Below are positions 43,515 through 54,200 of a stretch of 64,000 nt of DNA, one piece after another. The position numbers and the translations under genes are program-made. The notes beneath the pieces were generated by a model. That model saw only the letters and a program-made list of their open reading frames with translations, had not been told where the DNA came from and made no database searches. The stretch is from an uncultured cyanobacterium (GTDB lineage: Bacteria > Cyanobacteriota > Cyanobacteriia > Cyanobacteriales > Cyanobacteriaceae), in the NCBI GenBank assembly GCA_963749915.1, contig CAVVOP010000027.1, forward strand, positions 1 through 64,000, read 5' to 3'. How positions within the stretch are numbered: position 1 is the stretch's first letter; every line of letters starts with the position of its first letter.

Positions 43515-46500
43515 TTAGGCGCTAAAATATTTAGCCATGGGATGGTAACAAATAATCGCACTTGTAGATTGTTCCGGGTATATTTGTTCAGACTCATCCA
43601 TATACATATTAATGCGATCGCAACCTAATAGATCTAATTGTACATACTGATCTTGCATATTGGGACAGGCAGGATAACCAAAGCTATATCGTGAACCTTG
43701 ATAGCGTTGTTGTAACATTTCTCGGATGTTGTCGGGTTCAGAATCCCCAAAGCCTAACTCACGGCGAATCCTTGCATGGCACCATTCCGCCATGGCTTCC
43801 GCCGTCTGCACTGCCATACCGTGATAATAGAGATAATCAGTGTATTCGTTAGCAGAGAATAGTTTTTGAGCGTATTCTGTGGCAATTTCACCTACCGTCA
43901 CCCCTTGCATGGGAAAAACATCAATGATGCCTGAGTCTTTAGAGGCGAAAAAGTCCGCAATACAAAGACGTTTACCAGACTTTTGACGGGGAAATTCAAA
44001 CTTAGCAATTTCTTCTTTATTTTCCGGATTTTCAGGACTATAAATAAATAAAGTATTGCCTTCGGATTGACAAGGGAAATAACCATAAACTAGAGTAGGG
44101 TGCAATAAATTTTCTGCTTTAATTTTCGTTTTCCATTGCTCTAAAATAGGGTAAACTTTTTCTTGCAAAAAATTATTATATTCTTCTCTGGGTTGTCCTT
44201 GAGGTTTACGGAATTGCCATTGTCCTGCAAATAAGGCTTGTAAATCCAAATACCAGAAAAGTTCATCTAAATCAAAATTATCAGGAGCTAAAATTTTTGT
44301 CCCCCAAAAAGGAGGAGTTGGACGATGGATATTAGGATCTACGGCTTCACTTCTGCGAGTATCAATTACTTTGATTTCTTCTTGAGTTTTTTCTTGACTT
44401 TTACCTGTCTTAACTTCCTCTTCTTTTTCGGCAATATTTCTACCCATTAAAATCTGATTATCTTGAGCAAAATCTCCTAAAAATCCTTGTATATTATCCC
44501 ACTGATTTCTATTTTTAGCAGGCATTAATTTATCCATAAAATGCAAATCAGCGAAGGCATCTTTACCATAAACAACTTTTCCTTTATAAGTATTTTGACA
44601 GTCTTCATAGACAAATTTAGGGGTTAACGCCGCCCCTCCTAAAATAACGGGTACAGTAATTCCTTCTTGATTAAATGTCTCTAAGTTATCCTTCATAAAA
44701 GCAGTAGATTTGACCAATAAGCCACTCATGGCAATACAATCAGCCTTAGATTCACGATAGGCATTAATAATGTTTTCTACAGGTTGCTTAATACCTAAAT
44801 TAATAACTTTATAACCGTTATTAGACAGAATAATATCAACTAAATTTTTACCAATATCATGAACATCTCCCTTCACCGTGGCGATTAAAAATGTGCCTTT
44901 CCCCCTACCATCACTATCAGTTTTGTCCATAAAAGGTTCAAGAAAAGCTACCGCCGCCTTCATAGTTTGAGCTGACTGTAAAACGAAGGGTAATTGCATT
45001 TGTCCACTACCAAATAATTCCCCCACAACCTTCATGCCATCTAGTAAATAGATATTAATAATATCTAAAGGAGGATAAATTTTTAAGGCTAAATTTAAAG
45101 CATCTTCTAAGCCAATTCTTTCACCGTCAATAATATGTTGTTTGAGTCTTTCTTCGATGGGTAAATCCGCCACGTTTTGCTTAATACTTTTAGTGGTTTT
45201 ACCCGCAAATAAAGTGGTTAGTTTTCCTAAAGGATCATAAGTGCATATATCACCATCAAACTCTCTTAAATCATAGATTAAATCACGACAAATTTTTAAG
45301 GCTTGTTCATCTATTTTCGCTAATGGTAATATTTTACTAGCAGAGACGATGGCACCATCCATTCCCCCTTGCATCGCCTCATGTAAAAACACCGAGTTTA
45401 ACACTTGACGGGCGGCAGGATTTAAACCAAAGGAAATATTGGAAACCCCTAACATAAAATGACAATAGGGCAATTCTTCCTTGATTCTTTTAATGGATTC
45501 GATGGTGGCTTTACCGTTTTCTCTATCTTCCTCAATCCCAGTAGAAACAGGCAAAGCAAGGGTATCGAAAAAGATTTCATAGGCAGGAATACCGAATTTT
45601 ATCGCGTCATTATAGGCACGTTTGGCAATTTCAAATTTTTTGTCAGCGGTGCGTGCCATACCTTCTTCATCGATGGTGCCGATAACTACTCCAGCACCGT
45701 ATTTTTTGGCTAATTCTAACACCTTGAAAAACCTTTCTTCTCCGTCTTCATAGTTGGTGGAGTTGAGGATACATTTACCCCCAGCAACCTTTAACCCTGC
45801 TTCCATTTTTTGCCATTCAGTGGAATCCAACATCAAAGGTAAAGTAATGTTATTGACGAGACGGGAAGCCAACTCATGCATATCTTTAACACCATCACGC
45901 CCTACATAATCTACGTTGACATCTAATATATGAGCCCCTTCTTTTACCTGGCTTTTTGCCAAGGAAATTAAGCCATCCCAGTCTTCTGCATTCAACAAGT
46001 CACGGCATTTTTTCGAGCCACTGGCGTTGAGTCTTTCCCCGACAATCAAGAAAGAATTATCTTGATGATATGTCTGGGTACTATAAATAGATGCAGCGGA
46101 AGGCTCATAATGAGATTCCCTAACTTTAGGCTTGAGGGTAGAAGCAATGTCAGCTAAGGCTTTGATATGTTCGTAACGAGTACCACAACAACCGCCAATT
46201 ATTTGCACTCCTAAGTCTTCAATAAAGTGCATTAAGCTCATACGTAGCTCTATAGGAGTTAATCGGTAATAGGCCTGTCCGCCAACATTTTCGGGTAAAC
46301 CGGCGTTAGGAATACAGGACACGATGAAGGGAGAATTTTCGCTTAAATATTTGATATGAGGTTTCATCAAATCTGGACCTGTGGCACAGTTTAGTCCTAG
46401 GATATCGAGAGGATAAGGCTCAAGGATAGCTAAAACGGCATTTATTTCTGTACCTACTAACATTGTCCCCATGGTCTCCATGGTAACTGATACCATTAAG

Positions 46501-47069
46501 GGAAGGCGATCGCCTTTTTGCTCGAAGACTTCTTCAATGGCATTTAAAGCAGCTTTGATTTGTAAAACGTCTTGACAGGTTTCCACTAACAATAAATCTA
46601 CACCACCGTCATATAAACCCTTGACTTGGGTGATATAGGCATCTTTGAGGGTATCATAATCGATATGTCCAAGAGTTGGTAATTTTGTACCCGGTCCCAT
46701 ACTTCCTGCTACGAAACGAGGTTTTTCGGGAGTAGAATATTCTTGTGCGACTTTTTTCGCTAATTCGGCGGCGGTTTTGTTGAGGTAATAGGATTGATCC
46801 GCGAGGTCATATTCTGCTAAAACTAAGGGTGTACCTCCAAAAGTATCGGTTTCGATAACGTCTGCACCTGCTTCTAAAAAGCCTCGATGCACAGTTTCTA
46901 CGGCACTAGGTTTAGTATGGACTAAATATTCGTTACATCCCTCGTATTCTGCCCCTCCAAAGTCTTCGGCGGTAAGGTTTTGTACTTGGAGATTTGTACC
47001 CATTGCACCATCAAATACTAACACAGGTCGATGGGGGCTATGTAATCTTTCTAAAAATAGGCTTTTCAT
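43515..47069 (-). CDS. metH: Cobalamin-dependent methionine synthase
   Basis: [25 protein letters not shown] and [10 protein letters not shown]. Confidence 0.98.
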   Translation of the reverse strand: MKSLFLERLHSPHRPVLVFDGAMGTNLQVQNLTAEDFGGAEYEGCNEYLVHTKPSAVETVHRGFLEAGADVIETDTFGGTPLVLAEYDLADQSYYLNKTAAELAKKVAQEYSTPEKPRFVAGSMGPGTKLPTLGHIDYDTLKDAYITQVKGLYDGGVDLLLVETCQDVLQIKAALNAIEEVFEQKGDRLPLMVSVTMETMGTMLVGTEINAVLAILEPYPLDILGLNCATGPDLMKPHIKYLSENSPFIVSCIPNAGLPENVGGQAYYRLTPIELRMSLMHFIEDLGVQIIGGCCGTRYEHIKALADIASTLKPKVRESHYEPSAASIYSTQTYHQDNSFLIVGERLNASGSKKCRDLLNAEDWDGLISLAKSQVKEGAHILDVNVDYVGRDGVKDMHELASRLVNNITLPLMLDSTEWQKMEAGLKVAGGKCILNSTNYEDGEERFFKVLELAKKYGAGVVIGTIDEEGMARTADKKFEIAKRAYNDAIKFGIPAYEIFFDTLALPVSTGIEEDRENGKATIESIKRIKEELPYCHFMLGVSNISFGLNPAARQVLNSVFLHEAMQGGMDGAIVSASKILPLAKIDEQALKICRDLIYDLREFDGDICTYDPLGKLTTLFAGKTTKSIKQNVADLPIEERLKQHIIDGERIGLEDALNLALKIYPPLDIINIYLLDGMKVVGELFGSGQMQLPFVLQSAQTMKAAVAFLEPFMDKTDSDGRGKGTFLIATVKGDVHDIGKNLVDIILSNNGYKVINLGIKQPVENIINAYRESKADCIAMSGLLVKSTAFMKDNLETFNQEGITVPVILGGAALTPKFVYEDCQNTYKGKVVYGKDAFADLHFMDKLMPAKNRNQWDNIQGFLGDFAQDNQILMGRNIAEKEEEVKTGKSQEKTQEEIKVIDTRRSEAVDPNIHRPTPPFWGTKILAPDNFDLDELFWYLDLQALFAGQWQFRKPQGQPREEYNNFLQEKVYPILEQWKTKIKAENLLHPTLVYGYFPCQSEGNTLFIYSPENPENKEEIAKFEFPRQKSGKRLCIADFFASKDSGIIDVFPMQGVTVGEIATEYAQKLFSANEYTDYLYYHGMAVQTAEAMAEWCHARIRRELGFGDSEPDNIREMLQQRYQGSRYSFGYPACPNMQDQYVQLDLLGCDRINMYMDESEQIYPEQSTSAIICYHPMAKYFSA

Positions 47070-47137
47070 GGAGTAGTTAATTATATATAAAAAATGCTTC
47101 TATAAGTTATGTTAATTAACTACTTTAGCTCATTTAA

Positions 47138-47231
47138 GGAGGCAGCGGTGCGGGAGCGAAGCGCTGACGGAGGCAGTGCCCGCTGAGGTTGCCTCAGCAA
47201 GGGAACGCGCACCAAGAGAGAAGGCAGAAGG
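47138..47231. repeat. GC-rich cluster of small palindromic/heptamer repeats
   Basis: ggaggcag x2 and hairpin gctgagg-ttg-cctcagc within an AT-rich intergenic region. Confidence 0.5.
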
Positions 47232-47368
47232 TCATGAATTCGTGAAAATGCTAGCACTGAATTCTGGATTTTGAATTTTGAATTTCCCCGACAGTAGCTA
47301 TTACCAAGTTTTGGAATTGTCAGAAATATTGTAATATTTAATTACCTTTGCGAATCAATTAACCAACA

Positions 47369-48061
47369 ATGTTTTTATTATTATTTATTCTCACCATTTT
47401 ATTTTCTGGGTTGTACTTTTTGCCTTGTCTTCATCGCAAATTAATAACACCTTTAGGAAATGTCAGCAAATTTAATATGACATTGGCCATTCTACTTTTT
47501 AGTTTCTTAATAATAATACCCTTTGCCCATGCTGACACCATCAAAACTGAAAAAGCTACTTTTGCTGGGGGTTGTTTTTGGTGTATGGAATCACCTTTTG
47601 ATGAGATAAAGGGAGTTTTATCGACAACTTCAGGTTATACGGGGGGAAATGTGAAAAATCCCACCTATAAACAAGTAAGCGAGGGCAAGACAGGCCATGC
47701 TGAGGCGGTAGAAATCGAATATAACAGCAATTTGGTTAACTATGGTCAGTTATTAGCGGTTTTTTGGCGAAATATCGATCCTACGGTGCAAAATAGACAA
47801 TTCTGCGATGTAGGTGCTCAATACCGCAGTGCCATTTTTTACCATAATGAAGCACAAAAAAAATTAGCGGAAGAAACCAAGCAAAAAGCCGAAAAACAAC
47901 TGAAAAAGCCTATTTTTACGGAAATAAAACCTGTTGCCACTTTTTACCCTGCGGAGGAATATCACCAAGACTATTACAAAAAAAATCCCCTCTTGTATAA
48001 ATACTACCGTTATCGTTGTGGTAGGGATCGGCGATTAACGGAAATTTGGAATAATGAATAG
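47369..48061 (+). CDS. msrA: Peptide-methionine (S)-S-oxide reductase with N-terminal signal/TM segment
   Basis: FAGGCFW, GHAEAV, QYRSAIF and AEEYHQDY. The start codon is uncertain. Confidence 0.93.
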   Translation: MFLLLFILTILFSGLYFLPCLHRKLITPLGNVSKFNMTLAILLFSFLIIIPFAHADTIKTEKATFAGGCFWCMESPFDEIKGVLSTTSGYTGGNVKNPTYKQVSEGKTGHAEAVEIEYNSNLVNYGQLLAVFWRNIDPTVQNRQFCDVGAQYRSAIFYHNEAQKKLAEETKQKAEKQLKKPIFTEIKPVATFYPAEEYHQDYYKKNPLLYKYYRYRCGRDRRLTEIWNNE

Positions 48062-48165
48062 TAAGTTGGTGATAAAAAATGTGGGGGCGAATACCATCTT
48101 GTCTATAACCCCCTAAATTCCTGGATAAGGAGGACTTAAATTGCCTCCTTTTAGGTAATTAACCC

Positions 48166-49197
48166 TTATTTTTTCGGAAAATTGGCCCAATCTTGGGGTT
48201 TTAAGAAAAATTCCGTCAATTTTGCTTCTTGGCTTCCCGCCTCAGGAGTGTAGCCATATTCCCAACGGGTTAAAGGCGGTAATGACATTAAAATTGACTC
48301 TGTGCGCCCATTGGTTTGTAAGCCGAAAATTGTTCCTCGATCGTAAACTAGGTTAAACTCCACATAGCGCCCCCGACGATATAACTGAAAATTCCGTTCT
48401 CTTTCGCCATATTCCATATTTTTACGACGTTCCACAATGGGAATATAGGAAGGTAAAAAAGCATCACCGCAACTTTTGGCAAAATTGAACAAATCTTCCC
48501 AATTATGAGATACATTACCAACTTTTTGACTATACTGATTCGCTAATCCATCTTGATTTGAACCACTGTAAAGAATACCACGATCATCTTGATAGTCAAA
48601 GAAAATTCCGCCGATACCTCTGGCTTCTTGACGATGTTTCAAGTAAAAATATTCGTCACACCACCGTTTAAATATAGGGTAATATTCTGAATTATGGCGA
48701 TCGCAGGCTTGTTTTAAAGTTGTATGAAAATGGATCGCATCTTCCTCGAAAGCATAGTAAGGAGTTAAGTCTGCACCACCGCCAAACCACCATACAGGAC
48801 CTGCTTCAAAGTAGCGATAGTTAAGGTGTACGGTGGGTACGTAAGGATTTTTAGGGTGTAATACCATAGATGTCCCCGTAGCGTAAAAATCATGACCTGC
48901 GGCTTCAGGACGTTGTATTAAAATAGAGGGAGGTAAAGTCTCGCCCCAAACTTCAGAAAAGTTGACCCCGCCTTGTTCAAATACACCACCATCATAAATT
49001 ACTCTTGTGCGTCCACCGCCTCCTTCAGTGCGTTGCCAGTTATCTTCTTGAAATTTAGCCTTACCATCCACTGCCTCTAAGCCTTGGCAAATTCGATCTT
49101 GTAAGGTTTTCACAAATTCTCTAGCTTTTTCTCTGGTATTACTGGGGGAAAGACTATTTTTATTTACTTTTTTGTGTTGAGTTACTGCACTGGTCAT
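48166..49197 (-). CDS. hemF: Oxygen-dependent coproporphyrinogen III oxidase
   Basis: [28 protein letters not shown] and [10 protein letters not shown]. Confidence 0.97.
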   Translation of the reverse strand: MTSAVTQHKKVNKNSLSPSNTREKAREFVKTLQDRICQGLEAVDGKAKFQEDNWQRTEGGGGRTRVIYDGGVFEQGGVNFSEVWGETLPPSILIQRPEAAGHDFYATGTSMVLHPKNPYVPTVHLNYRYFEAGPVWWFGGGADLTPYYAFEEDAIHFHTTLKQACDRHNSEYYPIFKRWCDEYFYLKHRQEARGIGGIFFDYQDDRGILYSGSNQDGLANQYSQKVGNVSHNWEDLFNFAKSCGDAFLPSYIPIVERRKNMEYGERERNFQLYRRGRYVEFNLVYDRGTIFGLQTNGRTESILMSLPPLTRWEYGYTPEAGSQEAKLTEFFLKPQDWANFPKK

Positions 49198-49456
49198 ATT
49201 TTTTTGATGTTTTGTTTTTAACAAATTACTGTTTATGACTATATAGCGATTAACAAAATTTACCAAGATAACTTATAAAAACTTAACAAATTGAGTTCTA
49301 CTTTTTTTACTATTATATTAATTCGTTCTAGCTGAAAACTATAAAATAAATGACTTTTAACTAATTGTTTAGTAATGTAACGATCCTTGCACAACTATGT
49401 CTATAATGACTAAAATAATAAAAACACAATATAGCCATTAAGTAATTTAAAATAAC

Positions 49457-50515
49457 ATGACGGCAACAGTTATTAAACCTAGTATCAAAAAAACCTCTGT
49501 TAAAGAAACTCTCCTTACTCCTAGATTTTACACCACCGACTTTGACGCCATCGCCAATATGGACATTTCCAGTCAGGAAGAAGAATTAAAGGCAATGATT
49601 GTGGAAATGAAAACTGATTATAACCGTAATCATTTTGTAAGAGACGAAGATTTTGAAAAACGTTGGGACAATATTGACAGTAACACTCGTGAGGCTTTTA
49701 TCGATTTTCTTGAACGTTCTTGTACATCTGAGTTTTCTGGTTTTATCTTATTTAAAGAATTATCTCGTCAATTGAAAGATCGTAACCCCATTTTAGCGGA
49801 GATTTTCCATTTAATGGCAAGGGATGAGGCACGTCATGCAGGATTCATCAACAAAGCCATGAGTGATTTTAATATCTCCCTTGATTTGGGTTATTTAACA
49901 AAACATCGGGTTTATACCTTTTTTAAGCCAGAATGGGTGATTTATGCGGTATATTTATCGGAAAAAATCGGTTATTGGCGTTATATTCTCATGTATCGTC
50001 ATTTGGAACGCAATCCTCACTATCAATTTTATCCCATCTTCAAAAAATTTGAGCATTGGTGCCAGGATGAAAGCCGTCATGGTGATATTTTTAAAGCTTT
50101 GTTACGATCGCAGTCTTCTATGTGGAAGGGGTGGAAAGCCAAATTATGGTCAAGATTTTTTCTCCTATCTGTCTTTGCAACCCACACCTTAACAGTCCAT
50201 GAAAGAGCGGATTTTTATGCTTCTGTAGGTTTAGATGCACAACAATACGATCGTGACGTTACTATCAAGACCAATAGCACAGCCGCTAAAGCCTTTCCCG
50301 TTATTTTAGATACCAACCACCCCCAATTTTTTCCCCGTTTAGAAAAATGTTCTGATTATAATTTACAACTATCAAGCATCGAGAAAAATAGTAAAAATAA
50401 AGTCATCAAATTTCTCCGCAAATTACCTTTACAAATAGCTATTTTCTGGAATTTGTTATGTCTATATTTAATTAAACCCATTGAAGCGGAGGAATCAAGA
50501 GGAGTAGTGCGTTAA
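49457..50515 (+). CDS. acsF: Mg-protoporphyrin IX monomethyl ester oxidative cyclase (ChlA-II-like paralogue)
   Basis: LLTPRFYTTDF, DEARHAG, YLSEKIGYWRY and DESRHGD di-iron motifs. Confidence 0.95.
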   Translation: MTATVIKPSIKKTSVKETLLTPRFYTTDFDAIANMDISSQEEELKAMIVEMKTDYNRNHFVRDEDFEKRWDNIDSNTREAFIDFLERSCTSEFSGFILFKELSRQLKDRNPILAEIFHLMARDEARHAGFINKAMSDFNISLDLGYLTKHRVYTFFKPEWVIYAVYLSEKIGYWRYILMYRHLERNPHYQFYPIFKKFEHWCQDESRHGDIFKALLRSQSSMWKGWKAKLWSRFFLLSVFATHTLTVHERADFYASVGLDAQQYDRDVTIKTNSTAAKAFPVILDTNHPQFFPRLEKCSDYNLQLSSIEKNSKNKVIKFLRKLPLQIAIFWNLLCLYLIKPIEAEESRGVVR

Positions 50516-50530
50516 TAATTGATGGTTGAT

Positions 50531-51146
50531 ACTGGACTTTGGACAAATGAAAACTGATTAGCGTCTTAGCTTACGCTAATTAAAGGGGTGGTTATTTTAA
50601 AACAGACTTAGGGCATATTTTTCAAGGTTTATCTTCCTCAGTAAAATAGGATGGAAACCAGAAATAGAAGCAGGAAAGCTAGCTATGTTTATGATTGATG
50701 AATGCCATCTTCTCTGGGGAGACATTTTAGGATATGTTTGGGGAAGAACAGATATTAGAATAGAAATTCCGATAAAAAATGAAAAAAGTAGACAAACATA
50801 TTATGGACGGTCAAATATTTGATTTCCCTAAACTTTATGAATATGGAATTATGCCACAAGCTATTTAGGACTGCTATATAAAAGAATAATTCGTACTTTT
50901 GGCACTTCTTCACCTTCACCCAAAGTCCGAGGTTATTCATCGGGGCGGGAAAAAGGTACAAAGTTACCCTCAAGATTACGTTATCCCACCGTGAAAAAAA
51001 CGGCAAGTAAGAAAAAAACAGCCTAGCTAAAGGTTAATTTAACAGTATTTTCAGCTATTGGACGGCTGATGACAATCCCTCTTGTTTTTCCTTTTTCGTT
51101 ATTGTAGAAATTACGCTAACTGATTCCTTTTTGTCCAAAGTCCAGT
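50531..51146 (+). mobile_element. Deleted IS remnant with a nested IS630 fragment
   Basis: Perfect 17-bp inverted repeats actggactttggacaaa (50531-50547) and tttgtccaaagtccagt (51130-51146). Inside are an IS630-like IDECHLLWGD...RQTYYG ending in ttaggactgctata (50878) and a second transposase tail, PKVRGYSSG...RYPTVKK. Confidence 0.75.
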
Positions 51147-51194
51147 TATTACCAATATTACCAGTAATTAGGTTGTTAAGATTGTTTTCTGAGG

Positions 51195-51219
51195 AAAAAA
51201 AGCGGGGCTACAGCCCCGC
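51195..51219 (-). terminator. Intrinsic terminator of the RTX protease gene
   Basis: Minus strand gcggggctgtagccccgc followed by T7. Confidence 0.8.
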
Positions 51220-51261
51220 CCAAGCTAACTTGGGGTTAGCTCATCGAACGATTTCAGCAGA

Positions 51262-54200
51262 TTAGGCAAAGATGAAGTCACCAGGGACTGGTGCCGTAGT
51301 GCCAAACCCCTGCAGGGTAATGCTACCAAAACCGAAGAAGGTACTAGTGATGACATTGTTTACAGTATTGGAGAAGTTCAGGTCGCTATAATCAAGTCCT
51401 ATTCCGAAAGCAGTCAAATCAATCTGGTCAGGGCCAGTTCCGAAGTCAGTGATGACATCGCTGCCAAACCCGCTGGCAAATAAGAAGTTGTCGCTATCAG
51501 CACCACCGATGAGGGTGTCGTTGCCGCTGCTTCCGTAGATGGAGTCGTTGCCGTTGTCACCATTGAGGACGTCCCCTACGCTGGATCCGCCGATGTTAGC
51601 TGCGGTATAGGCATAAAGGCGATCGTTGCCATTGCCACCGTTGAGGGTGTCGCTGCCGTAGCCCCCCTGGAGGAGGTCGTTGCCGTTACCACCATTAACC
51701 AGATCATTGTCGTTGCCACCATTAGCGGTGTCGTTGCCGCTGCTTCCGTAGATGGAGTCGTTGCCATTGTCACCATTGAGGACGTCCCCCACGCTAGATC
51801 CGCCGATGTTAGCTGCGGTATAGGCATAAAGGCGATCGTTGCCATTGCCACCGTTGAGGGTGTCGCTGCCGTAGCCCCCCTGGAGGAGGTCGTTGCCGTC
51901 ACCACCATTAACCAGATCATTGTCGTTGCCACCATTAGCGGTGTCGTTGCCGCTGCTTCCGTAGATGGAGTCGTTGCCATTGTCACCATTGAGGACGTCC
52001 CCCACGCTGGATCCGCCGATGTTAGCTGCGGTATAGGCATAAAGGCGATCGTTGCCATTGCCACCGTTGAGGGTGTCGCTGCCGTAGCCCCCCTGGAGGA
52101 GGTCGTTGCCGTCACCACCATTAACCAGATCATTGTCGTTGCCACCATTAGCGGTGTCATTGCCGCTGCTTCCGTAGATGGAGTCGTTGCCATTGCCACC
52201 ATTGAGGACGTCCCCTACGCCGGATCCGCCGATGTTAGCTGCGGTATAGGCATAAAGGCGATCGTTGCCATTGCCACCGTTGAGGGTGTCGCTGCCGTAG
52301 CCCCCCTGGAGGAGGTCGTTGCCGTTGCCACCATTAACCAGATCATTGTCGTTGCCACCATTAGCGGTGTCGTTGCCGCTGCTTCCGTAGATGGAGTCGT
52401 TGCCATTGTCACCATTGAGGACGTCCCCCACGCTAGATCCGCCGATGTTAGCTGCGGTATAGGCATAAAGGCGATCGTTGCCATTGCCACCGTTGAGGGT
52501 GTCGCTGCCGTAGCCCCCCTGGAGGAGGTCGTTGCCGTTGCCACCATTAACCAGATCATTGTCGTTGCCACCATTAGCGGTGTCGTTGCCGCTGCTTCCG
52601 TAGATGGAGTCGTTGCCATTGCCACCATTGAGGACGTCCCCTACGCCGGATCCGCCGATGTTAGCTGCGGTATAGGCATAAAGGCGATCGTTGCCATTGC
52701 CACCGTTGAGGGTGTCGCTGCCGTAGCCCCCCTGGAGGAGGTCGTTGCCGTTGCCACCATTAACCAGATCATTGTCGTTGCCACCATTGATGGTGTCGTT
52801 GCCGTCACCACCGTTGATAGTGTCGTTACCGCCCGTGGTGGAGATGACGTTACCCCCAGTTGTGCCGGTGATCGAGTCATTGCCGTTGCCGGTGATCAGG
52901 TTCTCGAAGTTCGTGAACAGCTCGCCACCGTAGTTCGTGAGGCCCGTCACCATGTTGACGACGTAGGTGCCGTTGAAGCTCGTCGTGTCGAGGGTATCGA
53001 CCCCTGCACCGCCGTCGATCACTTCGGGCGTTCCGAGTCCGGCGTACATCAGGTCGTCACCGCCATTGCCGTAGTACTCGCCCGATCCATTGGAGGAGAT
53101 AGTGTCGTTGCCAGAGCCGGAGCGGAAGATCTCGATACCGCTGTGCGTGCGTTGCAGGTCCCCGCTAACGGAACCCTCATAGGTACCCGCCAGTGCACTG
53201 TAGGTGATGGCAGTCGTCACGTCGGTCATATCCAGGGTGTCGATGCCGTTACCGCCCACCACGTTGTCGATGAACTCGCCGTCCAGAATCTGGATCAGGT
53301 CGTCGCCTTCCTCGCCGTTGACATCGTCGGTTCCGTCGCCACCCTGGATCGTATCGTTGCCGCCGCCACCGTTGATGGTGTTGGAGCCACCACCAGTGCG
53401 TATCACGTTGGCTCCGGCGGTTCCCGTGACAAACTCAGAGCCGCTGGTAGAGGCCGCGTTGTCGTAGTTCTCGAAATTCAGCCAGGACTCGTTGAAAGTG
53501 CTACCGTTCGTGTAGGTACCCGTGGCGAGATTAAACCCAGCTCCAGAGCCGAAGTTGGTGCCGCCGCCGTCGATGGTATCGTTGCCGGTCTCCCCGTCAT
53601 GGAGCCTTACGTCTGAAAGTGATGGAATTGGCGGGCCCCAGAAAATGCGGTCATTGCCAGCCCCGCCGTAGATGGTGTCCGAACCGCCGCCGCCGTTGAT
53701 GGTATTGGAGCCACCACCAGTGCGTATCACGTTGGCTCCGGCGGTTCCCGTGACAAACTCAGAGCCGCTGGTAGAGGCCGCGTTGTCGTAGTTCTCGAAA
53801 TTCAGCCAGGACTCGTTGAAAGTGCTACCGTTCGTGTAGGTACCCGTGGCGAGATTAAACCCAGCTCCAGAGCCGAAGTTGGTGCCGCCGCCGTCGATGG
53901 TATCGTTGCCGGTCCCCCCGTCATGGAGCCTTACGTCTGAAAGTGATGGAATTGGCGGGCCCCAGAAAATGCGGTCATTGCCAGCCCCGCCGTAGACGGT
54001 GTCCGAGCCGCCGCCGCCGTTGATGGTGTTGGAGCCACCACCAGTGCGTATCACGTTGGCTCCGGCGGTTCCCGTGACAAACTCAGAGCCGCTGGTAGAG
54101 GCCGCGTTGTCGTAGTTCTCGAAATTCAGCCAGGACTCGTTGAAAGTGCTACCGTTCGTGTAGGTACCCGTGGCGAGATTAAACCCAGCTCCAGAGCCGA

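Noticed and set aside
47070..47368. Cobalamin or SAM riboswitch upstream of metH
   Set aside because: The consensus elements were not recognisable on the metH strand.
49377..49390. NtcA site upstream of acsF
   Set aside because: Reads GTA-N8-TGC rather than GTA-N8-TAC; too weak to call.
50755..51006. 83-aa minus-strand ORF
   Set aside because: Antisense to transposase remnants.
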